From IMG/VR virus record IMGVR_UViG_3300037422_000090, positions 1 to 28,129 of that record: a DNA stretch of 28,129 nucleotides; one strand, 5' to 3'. Shown here piece by piece: positions 8,672-16,138 of this stretch (the first letter of the stretch is position 1; each line of letters opens with the position of its first letter). The translations under genes were made by a program, and so were the position numbers. The notes beneath the pieces are model-generated. The model was not told the DNA's origin and did no database searches. It saw nothing but the letters and a program-made list of their open reading frames with translations. The stretch is from a virus. Lineage: Duplodnaviria; Caudoviricetes.

Positions 8672-9168
8672 GCCAGCCTCTCACGGCGCTCCGCCCCCTG
8701 GCCGCGGTAAGTCTGGGTGCCGGCGGCGTTCTCGTAGAGCTGGCCGGTGAGCAGCGGCGTCACCCCGTCATCGTCGTAGAGCGTCGCGATCCCGGTCGCC
8801 GGGTCGGTGATGAACTTGTTGCGCAGCAGCTTCTGCACCAGCACCAGGCGCGCATCGAGATCGTCGACGTTGGCGGCCATGGTGTGAACGTGGCCGATGG
8901 TCTCGGCCCCGGGCTGGCCGGCGACGACCGCCGTCACATCGACCCGGTACTGGTGATTGGCGACAAAGCCGTTGCCTACGGTGACGTCGATCTGCACCTG
9001 GTAGCGGCCGGCGGCGAGATTGCCCGGTACGGGCGCGTAGCCCATTGCTACGCCGTCGTCGTAGAGGATGACCGTAGGGGTGGCATCAGCATTTTGCGCC
9101 GCGCCTGACACGGGATTCGCGGTGGAAAAGCCAATCCAGACCGAGTCGCCAAGCTTGACCAGGTTCAC
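8668..9168 (-). CDS. Ig-like beta-sandwich protein with short helical linker (166 aa)
   Basis: GTG at 9168 overlaps the upstream TGA; MNLVKLGDSVWIGF...GRYQVQIDVT...YRVDVTAVVAG; C-terminal 'LLRNKFITDPATGIATLYDDDGVTPL'. Confidence 0.65.
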   Translation of the reverse strand: MNLVKLGDSVWIGFSTANPVSGAAQNADATPTVILYDDGVAMGYAPVPGNLAAGRYQVQIDVTVGNGFVANHQYRVDVTAVVAGQPGAETIGHVHTMAANVDDLDARLVLVQKLLRNKFITDPATGIATLYDDDGVTPLLTGQLYENAAGTQTYRGQGAERRERLA

Positions 9169-9710
9169 TGCAGCCGCCTCACGATGATCGAGCCGATGAC
9201 CCGCAGGCGTCCGGCCACCGCGGCGATCGGGGTCGGGTCGATGACAAAGATGCCGGTGCGGATCGCAGCGAGTGAGCGGGGTGGCGCGCGGCCCTGCAGC
9301 AGCCACTCGAGCTGCTCGGGCCGGTAGAGGGCCTCGAACGGCGGCTGGACGAAGGCACCGAGCAGGCGCCGCTCGAGCCTGGCCTGCGGCCCGCCACGCG
9401 GCAGCCAGTCGAGCGTCTGCGGGTCGAAGCCTGGGGCGGCGAAACTGAACGGCTCAACGGTCCAGTCAAGCCGGACGCGGGAGAGAGCGCGCCCGACGTA
9501 GCTGTCTCGTGGTTGCCATTCGAGGGTCTGCGGATCGAATGCAGGAGCGACGACCGGCAGCGGCCACACCGACCAGTCGAGGCGGTTCGGCGGGAGACCG
9601 CGCAGCGGCTGATGTCGACCGACTGGCAGCCAGGCGAGCTTCTCCGCGACCGGCTCACGCCAGACCGGGCCGGTGACCGGCTGGTATTGCAGCTGCGCGC
9701 GCTCGGCCAC
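9165..9710 (-). CDS. Pro/Trp/Arg-rich internal-repeat protein (181 aa)
   Basis: About four degenerate 34-38 aa units starting EKLAWLP / QTLEWQP / QTLDWLP / EQLEWLL; in frame between coupled neighbours. Confidence 0.6.
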   Translation of the reverse strand: MAERAQLQYQPVTGPVWREPVAEKLAWLPVGRHQPLRGLPPNRLDWSVWPLPVVAPAFDPQTLEWQPRDSYVGRALSRVRLDWTVEPFSFAAPGFDPQTLDWLPRGGPQARLERRLLGAFVQPPFEALYRPEQLEWLLQGRAPPRSLAAIRTGIFVIDPTPIAAVAGRLRVIGSIIVRRLQ

Positions 9711-9711
9711 A

Positions 9712-9945
9712 CTACCTGCTGCCCGTGTCGATCAGGCGCTGGTGCGGACGGCACACCCAGCAGTTCGGCCCGCCGCAGTGCACGGCGTTGCATTTCAGGC
9801 AGAAGCCGCGCCGGCGGCCGCTGCCTGGCTCGACGATCCAGTGTCCACCGCAGTGGCAGCACTGCAGCGTGTCGCGCTCGATCTTCGGTCCGTCACCGAC
9901 GATGATGACGTGTCCGGCCGGACGCCGGACGGCGAGCTCATTCAT
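9712..9945 (-). CDS. Small Cys-rich zinc-finger-like protein (77 aa)
   Basis: ATG 9945; CCHC...CLKC...HCGGPNCWVC, 8 Cys. Confidence 0.65.
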   Translation of the reverse strand: MNELAVRRPAGHVIIVGDGPKIERDTLQCCHCGGHWIVEPGSGRRRGFCLKCNAVHCGGPNCWVCRPHQRLIDTGSR

Positions 9946-10381
9946 CCCAGCCGAGCGTGCAGCCGATGTTCGGTGTCGCGCCCGAGCTGATCGAGCGCAC
10001 GCCGATGCCGTTGGCGGAGCCAACGACAGTGCGCAGCTCGCGGCCCGGATTCGCGATCCAGGTGAACGTCGCGCGCTGGTTGAGCGGGATCTCGAGCAGG
10101 AAGTCCGCCTCGTAGGTCGGTTCCGTCATGGTCCCGCCGCGCAGGTTGCACGCGGCCGCTGCCGATTGCGGATCGACCGGCTTTTCGACGACCGCGGTGC
10201 CAGCTGCGCCGGCCGCGGTGTGCCGCAGCACGTTGAAGCGGGTCGCGATGTCGGCCGGCGCCGCATCGCTGCCGAGCATGAGCTGGTGGATTTTGCCGAC
10301 CACTGACGCCGACGATTCCAGTGCCAGGATCGTCAGGTTGGTGCCGGCTGGCGTGCGGTGCACGCCCTGGTATGAGGCCAT
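9938..10381 (-). CDS. Beta-rich (jelly-roll-like) hypothetical virion protein (147 aa)
   Basis: AGGAGAG RBS; Ala/Gly/Thr-rich strands; ends in strand 'IGCTLGWDE'. Confidence 0.7.
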   Translation of the reverse strand: MASYQGVHRTPAGTNLTILALESSASVVGKIHQLMLGSDAAPADIATRFNVLRHTAAGAAGTAVVEKPVDPQSAAAACNLRGGTMTEPTYEADFLLEIPLNQRATFTWIANPGRELRTVVGSANGIGVRSISSGATPNIGCTLGWDE

Positions 10382-10390
10382 GTTTCTCTC

Positions 10391-10552
10391 CTAGGGGTTC
10401 TGGATGAAATCCGGCGGTGTCAACCCCGATGGCACCACCTTCGGTTGCTGGAAAACGATGTCTGGGTGCGGCCGATTCATGGCGGCCATCAGCGCCGCGT
10501 CGAAGGCCGGTGCTGCCTGGGCTGGCACGATGGGTTGCCAGAGCCAGCTCAT
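10391..10552 (-). CDS. Small Pro-rich protein (53 aa)
   Basis: ATG overlaps the upstream TGA; MSWLWQPIVPAQAAPAFDAALMAAMNRPHPDIVFQQPKVVPSGLTPPDFIQNP. Confidence 0.55.
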   Translation of the reverse strand: MSWLWQPIVPAQAAPAFDAALMAAMNRPHPDIVFQQPKVVPSGLTPPDFIQNP

Positions 10553-10902
10553 ACCGGCGCAATCCTGATCGACCAGCGGAAGGCGCGATCGGTGCCGGCG
10601 ATCTTGTCGACCGTGACATCCCAGGCCTCGGCGACGATCAACGCCGGCAGCACGAAGTTCGGCTCCGCCTGTGCGCCGAGCAGCGTGGCCTGGTAGACGA
10701 CCCGCTGCGTGCCGCCGGATTCCGTCTTCTCGTAGATGCGGACCTGGTACTCGTCGCCGGCCGCCATCGCGCTCACGTCGATGTAGCCTTGCAGGATCCC
10801 GTCGTCGGTCTTCGGTGAGCCGCTCGAGTAGTTCGCATTGTTGGGCAGCGAATACTCGGTCGTGCTGATCGTAGCGTTGTTCTCGTACTTCGTCAGTGCC
10901 AC
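10549..10902 (-). CDS. Beta-sandwich hypothetical protein (117 aa)
   Basis: GGAGG RBS, GTG start; about 8 predicted amphipathic strands (QGYIDVS, EYQVRIYEK, WDVTVDK, FRWSIR). Confidence 0.7.
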   Translation of the reverse strand: MALTKYENNATISTTEYSLPNNANYSSGSPKTDDGILQGYIDVSAMAAGDEYQVRIYEKTESGGTQRVVYQATLLGAQAEPNFVLPALIVAEAWDVTVDKIAGTDRAFRWSIRIAPV

Positions 10903-10905
10903 CGA

Positions 10906-11733
10906 TCAACCTCCAAATGCGTGAAGCAACGCCTGGTAGCCAGTTGCCGGTGCGCCGCTGCAGTTGCCGCGAATAAACAGCTCCGCGCCTGCCGGAAGCG
11001 GACAGAAGATCGGCGGCGCCGCGATCCACTGCAGCGACTCCCCGGTGCCTGATTGGATGTTCTTCTGGAAAATCTTGTGCTTGTTGCTGGTGTCGCCGTG
11101 CGCCAGCTCGACCAGCGTACCCTCCGTGTTCATCGTGGCGTTGCTGACATTGATCGACACGTCGTAGTAGAACGCCGCGCGCGGCAAGGTGCCGAGCGAC
11201 ACCCATGATCCCCAGGACGCATTCCCGGGCGTGAACCCGATGCCATTCGGTGTCGTATAGGTTCCGGGCGTGTCGGCGTGGTAGGCAGGCCGCCAGAGTT
11301 CCGGGCGGCTCGGCTTGCCATACACGTTGCAAACAACACGCGCCGTCATGCTGGCCACGCTTCCGTAGCCGCGCATCGCGAGCTGGGCACCAGACGGGAT
11401 GCGGCACGGGAACGTGAAGCGCAGCGGAATGTTGGCGTTGAACGATGTCGCTTTCCCGACCTGCAGATCTTTGAGCCACCAGACGTATGACGTGCCCCCC
11501 GCAGGGTCCCAGCCAAAGTCCATGTGTGCGTTGCGGTTCGATCCCGAACTCGAGAGGCCGCCGATGGTCAGGTCCACAAGATCGACCTGTTCGGTGATCG
11601 TCAGCAGGGCTACGCCACTGCCCTCTGCACCGTTCCCGAGCGCCACGCCCGTGCCGATGACTGTGTGCGATTGCCCACCAGACTGATTGCTGGCGACGTA
11701 GGCCCAGCGGTTGCTGATCGGAAGCTGCAGCAT
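10906..11733 (-). CDS. Two-repeat beta-sandwich protein (275 aa)
   Basis: Internal duplication: GTGVALGNGAEGSGVAL...FPCRIPSGAQLAMRG versus GIGFTPGNASWGSWVSL...FCPLPAGAELFIRG; visibly more AT-rich codons than flanks. Confidence 0.7.
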   Translation of the reverse strand: MLQLPISNRWAYVASNQSGGQSHTVIGTGVALGNGAEGSGVALLTITEQVDLVDLTIGGLSSSGSNRNAHMDFGWDPAGGTSYVWWLKDLQVGKATSFNANIPLRFTFPCRIPSGAQLAMRGYGSVASMTARVVCNVYGKPSRPELWRPAYHADTPGTYTTPNGIGFTPGNASWGSWVSLGTLPRAAFYYDVSINVSNATMNTEGTLVELAHGDTSNKHKIFQKNIQSGTGESLQWIAAPPIFCPLPAGAELFIRGNCSGAPATGYQALLHAFGG

Positions 11734-11740
11734 CTCGCGT

Positions 11741-12337
11741 CTAGGCGCAGGGCGCCGCCACGTTCGCGGTCGGCGTGGTGTTCCACCAGCGCACGTCGGT
11801 CGAGGCCACGCGCCGGTAGGATTTGCCGCGATAGGTGAAGACCGGACTGCCGATGCACGGCCGGCCGAGGTCGACGAAACCAGCGACTGCGCTTGAGCGC
11901 GCGCCCGAGGTGGTGATGGTGTAGGCCGGCGCGACGTTGACGCCGATCACGACCGCGACCGTGATGGCGCCAGGCGGCGACGGCTGCAGCGGCGGGAAGC
12001 TCCTGCACACCGGCGGCGCTGAGTAGGGGCCGGGACCAGCTGCGACCAGCGTGCGGCCCTCGAAGCAGGCGGTAAAACCGGAAGCTGGGCCGGTCAGCGT
12101 CATGCTGCCGCCAGTTGCGGTGCCGCCGAGCGTCAGCGTCGGGCAGGTGACCCCGGCCGATGTGCCGGCGCCGCAGCGAAACTCGTAGCCGGTGATTGCG
12201 GCTGCGGGCAGCGGCGAACCATCGGTGTAGGTGGTCGGCCTGGTGAAGCTGAGCGTCGCAGTCTCGGCGCCAGCGACGAGCGGCAGCGCGAGCAGCAGGG
12301 CGGCGCTGATGATGGCGAGCAGCGAACGTGGGCGCAT
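11741..12337 (-). CDS. Signal-peptide protein with fibronectin type III-like domain
   Basis: MRPR, hydrophobic stretch and AGA cleavage-like site, then ATLSFTRPTTYTDGSPL...ITGYEF (FN3-like); 6 Cys; GGAG RBS. Confidence 0.7.
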   Translation of the reverse strand: MRPRSLLAIISAALLLALPLVAGAETATLSFTRPTTYTDGSPLPAAAITGYEFRCGAGTSAGVTCPTLTLGGTATGGSMTLTGPASGFTACFEGRTLVAAGPGPYSAPPVCRSFPPLQPSPPGAITVAVVIGVNVAPAYTITTSGARSSAVAGFVDLGRPCIGSPVFTYRGKSYRRVASTDVRWWNTTPTANVAAPCA

Positions 12338-12348
12338 GGGTTTAGCTC

Positions 12349-13953
12349 CTATCGGGCGGCGAGCCTTTGGCCCGCGGTTTCGGCGTATTTGGTGGCACCG
12401 GCGGCGACGATCTCCTCCTCCGCGCCTTCGCGCTGCAGTTCGGTGCGCTCCTCGCGCAGCGCCTTGACCGTGTCCTTGGGCCGGATCAGCTTCTGCGGCA
12501 CGCCGAGCAACTTCGCGCGCTCACGCGAACCCTCGTCGAAGTCGTAGTTGTCGAGCACGTCGGACTTGACCTGGGACACGGTGAGGAGCGAGGTCTCGTA
12601 CTGATCCATCGCCGTGATTTCCTCGGCGCGCTGGGCGCGGGCGAGCGGGCTGATGTACTTGACGTGGATCGTGCGACCGCCGAGCGATTGCGGTGCCGGC
12701 GTGAACAGGCCCGAGCGGAACGCCAGCCCAAAGGTGCGATCGATGAAGCGCTGCAGGTACTCCGACTGGAAGCGCCCGTAGACCGGGCCCAGCAGCTGGC
12801 GGATGAGGTTCACGCGCACGTGCACCTCGTAGGCCGTCGGATCGCCGGGGTGATCCTGCGGCGCGAGCTGGTCGGCCATGAAGATTTTGCGGATGGCCGC
12901 CTGCTTCGACTTGACCAGGTACTCGGCGAGCTGCCAGTCGCCACCGGCCTTGAGTTCCTTCATCGAGTCGACGGAGTTCGCGACCACGATCTTGCGCGGC
13001 CCGACCTTGACCGTGCGCGGATTCAGCACACCGTCGTCCTGGGCGATCCACATGCCGGCGATCGCGAGGTCGGCGTTGGCGAGCTCGTCGAACGAGAGGG
13101 TGTTCAGCATGCGCATGTCCGGCAGCGCATCGGCCGCGGGGCCGATCGCGTACACCGAGCGCGGCAGCAGGTGCCAGCGCGGGACGATGACCGGCATCTC
13201 GTGGTAGCCGCTCTCGCGCACGAGCTTCTTGGCCTTGACCTCGACCTGGCAGGAGGCGATCGGCAGCCGGTGCGACAGCAGGGCGCCTGGGATCCCGCCC
13301 TCGCGCGGGTAGATCGCGTGCACGAAGCTGACCAGCTCGTCGGGCTTCTCCTTTGCGAGCTTTTTCGTGTCATCCGAGAGCAGTTCGCCGAATTCCTCGT
13401 AGGCTTGTTCGGCGGTCAGCTTGTAGTCCCGGTAGACGGTGTCGATCGGCCCGCCGCGGCGCGTGGCGGCGCAGTAGCAGTCGGCGAGCGGCCACTGTTC
13501 GAAGTGGAACTTGCGGGTCTCGCGGTCCTGGTCGATGTAGAGCGCGAACCAGCCGGCGATGACGATGTCCAGCGCGCACTCGTAACCGGCGGCGTCGAAG
13601 TTCGAGGAGTGGATCGCCTTCCACAGGGTTGGGGCGTTTGCATCCAGCCAGCGGCCCTCGCTATCCGACTGGCCGTCGACCTCGAGCTGGAACCAGAGCG
13701 AGTTCGCTGGCGTCAGGCCCGACATCAGGCCGGAGGCGAGGATCCGCGCCGAGTCGGTGCCGGTGCCGTCCAGCAGTTCAGCGCGCTTCGATTGCGCGCT
13801 CTGGGCGTCGAGGTCGGTCGACTGGAAGCCGGAGCCGCGCAGCGGGAAGGTGAAGTCGAAGCAATCGCGCCAGACGGTTTCGTGCGGGCTGCGTGCGCCT
13901 TGCAGCGCATTCAGCCGACGACAGATTTTCGCGGCATCGGCGGGCTGGATCAC
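12349..13953 (-). CDS. Portal / head-tail connector (T7 gp8-like)
   Basis: 534 aa; 'LASGLMSGLTPANSLWF', 'SNFD', 'ESGYHEMPVIVPRW', 'YAIGPAADALPD', 'TAYEV', 'YISPLARAQ'. Confidence 0.92.
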   Translation of the reverse strand: MIQPADAAKICRRLNALQGARSPHETVWRDCFDFTFPLRGSGFQSTDLDAQSAQSKRAELLDGTGTDSARILASGLMSGLTPANSLWFQLEVDGQSDSEGRWLDANAPTLWKAIHSSNFDAAGYECALDIVIAGWFALYIDQDRETRKFHFEQWPLADCYCAATRRGGPIDTVYRDYKLTAEQAYEEFGELLSDDTKKLAKEKPDELVSFVHAIYPREGGIPGALLSHRLPIASCQVEVKAKKLVRESGYHEMPVIVPRWHLLPRSVYAIGPAADALPDMRMLNTLSFDELANADLAIAGMWIAQDDGVLNPRTVKVGPRKIVVANSVDSMKELKAGGDWQLAEYLVKSKQAAIRKIFMADQLAPQDHPGDPTAYEVHVRVNLIRQLLGPVYGRFQSEYLQRFIDRTFGLAFRSGLFTPAPQSLGGRTIHVKYISPLARAQRAEEITAMDQYETSLLTVSQVKSDVLDNYDFDEGSRERAKLLGVPQKLIRPKDTVKALREERTELQREGAEEEIVAAGATKYAETAGQRLAAR

Positions 13954-13955
13954 GG

Positions 13956-14258
13956 CTACGGAACGGCGTAGCGCCCGCCGCCCCCGCGGCCACCGCCGCC
14001 GCCACCTCCACCGCGGCTTGCACCACCGCCGCCGGAGCCGAGGGCGGTCGCGCCAGGCGTGGCCGGCGTCGTCGCGTAGGTGCCGAGCACCCGATTGCCG
14101 GCCCCGAACAATGTCGAGCTGCGCCGGCGCTTGCGCACCAGGGCGGCGCGCTGATTGGCGGCCTGCTCGGCTTCGATCTCAGCCTGCGTGGCGTCGTCGA
14201 TCGCCGGCGTCTTCTTCCGCTTGAGGGTGGACTTCAGGACCCCGAGGACTTCGCCCAT
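13956..14258 (-). CDS. Small basic Gly-rich virion protein upstream of portal (T7 gp7.3-like position)
   Basis: Likely start ATG 14258; 'RKRRRSSTLFG', C-terminal Gly/Arg low-complexity tail. Confidence 0.6.
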   Translation of the reverse strand: MGEVLGVLKSTLKRKKTPAIDDATQAEIEAEQAANQRAALVRKRRRSSTLFGAGNRVLGTYATTPATPGATALGSGGGGASRGGGGGGGGRGGGGRYAVP

Positions 14259-14260
14259 CG

Positions 14261-14680
14261 CTATTCCGGTCCCTTCTGCGTGCGCGCATCCTTCTGCGGC
14301 AGCACCCATCCGCCCTTGGTCAGCACGGGCCGGTCGATGGTCGCCGGGTCCGCGGTCGCCGGCAGACCGGCATCGGGATCGGCCTTCGATGCGGCGATCG
14401 CGGCGGCGCCGGTGAGGTGCGACCAGTCGAGCGCCTCGGGCGAACCGACCAGATCCTTGGTGAGCTCGAGGTCGCGCTTGAGCTTGTTCTCCTGGTCGCT
14501 CGACATGCCTGGCGCCATGGCCTTGAGGTCGTCGGCGGGCATTGGGGCCGATGCGTCGCTTGTGGTCGGCGCACCGGCCCCGCCCTCTACGTCAGCGGTT
14601 GCGGACGATGAATTGGGTTCGCTCGTCGGGTCAGCGGGCGGCTCGCCCGGGGTTTCGATGCTCACCGTGCGCTTGCCCAT
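14261..14680 (-). CDS. First late gene, acidic low-complexity hypothetical protein (139 aa)
   Basis: AGGAG RBS before ATG 14680; C-terminal 'DPATIDRPVLTKGGWVLP'. Confidence 0.65.
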   Translation of the reverse strand: MGKRTVSIETPGEPPADPTSEPNSSSATADVEGGAGAPTTSDASAPMPADDLKAMAPGMSSDQENKLKRDLELTKDLVGSPEALDWSHLTGAAAIAASKADPDAGLPATADPATIDRPVLTKGGWVLPQKDARTQKGPE

Positions 14681-14752
14681 GCTGAACTCCTGACGGGTTG
14701 GTGGCCTACTCCGACTCGCGGGTCTCGTTTCGGCCATTGCGTATCGCGCCGG

Positions 14753-14786
14753 ACTTTGCGGGCGGGGCGGCGTCGGAGTCCAGACG
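14753..14786 (-). promoter_or_regulatory. Putative late promoter 3 at head of structural operon
   Basis: GTCGGAGTCCAGACG at 14772-14786, 1 nt past the stop of the tandem-HTH gene; on the minus strand followed after 12 nt by GCAAAGT. Confidence 0.7.
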
Positions 14787-14787
14787 G

Positions 14788-15288
14788 CTACCGGCTGATC
14801 CTCCCCCTTGTGTGGGTCGTTGGTCGCATCGGCAGGCGATCAATCTGGTCGCCAGTGGCTTGGCAGTAGAACTTGATCAGCCTCTCTGCGTTGTGATGCA
14901 TCGGGCTTGCGTCGGTGAGGTAGCAGTTCTTCAGCGTGCCAACCGGGATGCCGGTCTCCCGGTAAATGGACGGCCAGCTGAAACCAAAGCGACGAAGTTT
15001 CTCCAGCATAGCCGCAAAATCGACGCCGGTATGTGGATTCAACAATCGCTGCGCGCGAGCTGCACGATGTGGCACCTGGGCCCGGGTGGTGTTGGTCGCC
15101 ATGCAGTAGAAGGCGACCAGCCGTTCGCCATTCTCGTGCAAAGGTGTGGTTCCGCAGGTGCGATACTCGATGAGGGTGGTACGTGGAATGCCCGTATAGC
15201 GCTCAATTGCAGCCATGGTGAAGCCGGCGCGGCGCAAGTGGTCGAGGATGCCCTCGAAGTCGGTGACCATGGGCGACTCGTCGGTCAC
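14788..15288 (-). CDS. Tandem-duplicated HTH protein, candidate late transcription activator
   Basis: Two homologous halves: DFEGILDHLRRAGFTMAAIERYTGIPRTTL...PLHENGERLVAFYCMAT and DFAAMLEKLRRFGFSWPSIYRETGIPVGTL...PMHHNAERLIKFYCQAT; last gene before the late operon. Confidence 0.7.
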   Translation of the reverse strand: MTDESPMVTDFEGILDHLRRAGFTMAAIERYTGIPRTTLIEYRTCGTTPLHENGERLVAFYCMATNTTRAQVPHRAARAQRLLNPHTGVDFAAMLEKLRRFGFSWPSIYRETGIPVGTLKNCYLTDASPMHHNAERLIKFYCQATGDQIDRLPMRPTTHTRGRISR

Positions 15289-15806
15289 AGCGCGGGCGGC
15301 TCCCCTGCGTAGCGGTCGGCCTTGCGCATGGCGTCGGTGTACTTCGGGTGCTGGTCGCTCACCAGCTTGTCAGTGAACAGGATCCCGTTCAGGTGGTCGA
15401 TCTCGTGCTGGATGACGGCCGCCACGAGAGCCTTTGCGCCCATGGTCTTGATGCCGGCCGTGCCATGCAGGTACTCGACCCGGATCTTGTAGGCCCGCGC
15501 CACGCGCGCGCCCCACTTGGAGCGATCGACCGACAGGCAGCCTTCACGCACGAACTGCTGGCCCTTCTGGTACACGATGACGGGGTTCAGCAGCAGGAAC
15601 GGCGCGGTGCCGGTGTTGAACACGACGGCGCGCAGGTTGCGCCCGAGCTGCGGGGCCGAGAGGCCGAGGCACCCCTTGGTCAGCACCGCGGTCTCAACCA
15701 GGTCCTCGAAGAACTGCACGAGTGTCGGCAGCTCGAGCGGATCGATGGGCCGGGACAAGGCCCGCAGGCATGGGTCGCCTTCCTGGCGGATGCGGAGCAC
15801 GCTCAC
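15285..15806 (-). CDS. def: Peptide deformylase
   Basis: All three motifs present: CLGLSAPQ (motif 1 variant), EGCLS, QHEIDHLNG (HEXXH); N-terminal GDPCLR. Confidence 0.93.
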   Translation of the reverse strand: MSVLRIRQEGDPCLRALSRPIDPLELPTLVQFFEDLVETAVLTKGCLGLSAPQLGRNLRAVVFNTGTAPFLLLNPVIVYQKGQQFVREGCLSVDRSKWGARVARAYKIRVEYLHGTAGIKTMGAKALVAAVIQHEIDHLNGILFTDKLVSDQHPKYTDAMRKADRYAGEPPAL

Positions 15807-16138
15807 GACGGCTGCGCCTGCTGAGTATTTGGCATGACAATCCGCGGCCCATCGAGCTTCGCGATCTGGCGCTCAAGCGAAGCGCGCAGCTTCTCGTGGA
15901 GGGATCGCTCGAGCTCAGCTCGCATTTCGGGGTCGACGTCGCCGTCCTCGGTCGAGGCGCCGAGTCCGAAAACCATGTCGCGCAGCACCGCGAGCTCGAC
16001 GATCGCGACCTTCGCCTGGGCGTAGATGTCGAACGGGTCGAGCTGGCCCTGGCGGTTGAGGGCGATGTCGACGCCGAGCGCGTGCTTGTAGCGCTTGATC
16101 GCCGCCATCGTGAGTTCGCGCTGGTCGACGTCGGTCAT
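15803..16138 (-). CDS. Hypothetical protein (111 aa)
   Basis: ATG 16138 overlaps the rusA stop; stop overlaps the def GTG; MTDVDQRELTMAAIKRYK... Confidence 0.6.
   Translation of the reverse strand: MTDVDQRELTMAAIKRYKHALGVDIALNRQGQLDPFDIYAQAKVAIVELAVLRDMVFGLGASTEDGDVDPEMRAELERSLHEKLRASLERQIAKLDGPRIVMPNTQQAQPS

Noticed and set aside
10391-11479. 362-aa minus-strand ORF
   Set aside because: Overlaps two better genes in other frames; only the last 53 codons (from ATG 10552) look real.
10906-11733. Possible double jelly-roll major capsid protein of a second virus
   Set aside because: A normal tailed-phage capsid, portal and scaffold are present and no packaging ATPase is nearby; better read as an accessory protein.
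12367-13971. 534-aa plus-strand ORF mirroring portal
   Set aside because: Shadow frame arising from codon bias.
14708-14715. ACTCCGAC, inverted half of the late motif (also at 12759-12766)
   Set aside because: An 8-mer can occur by chance in GC-rich DNA and one copy is inside portal coding sequence; not counted as a site.
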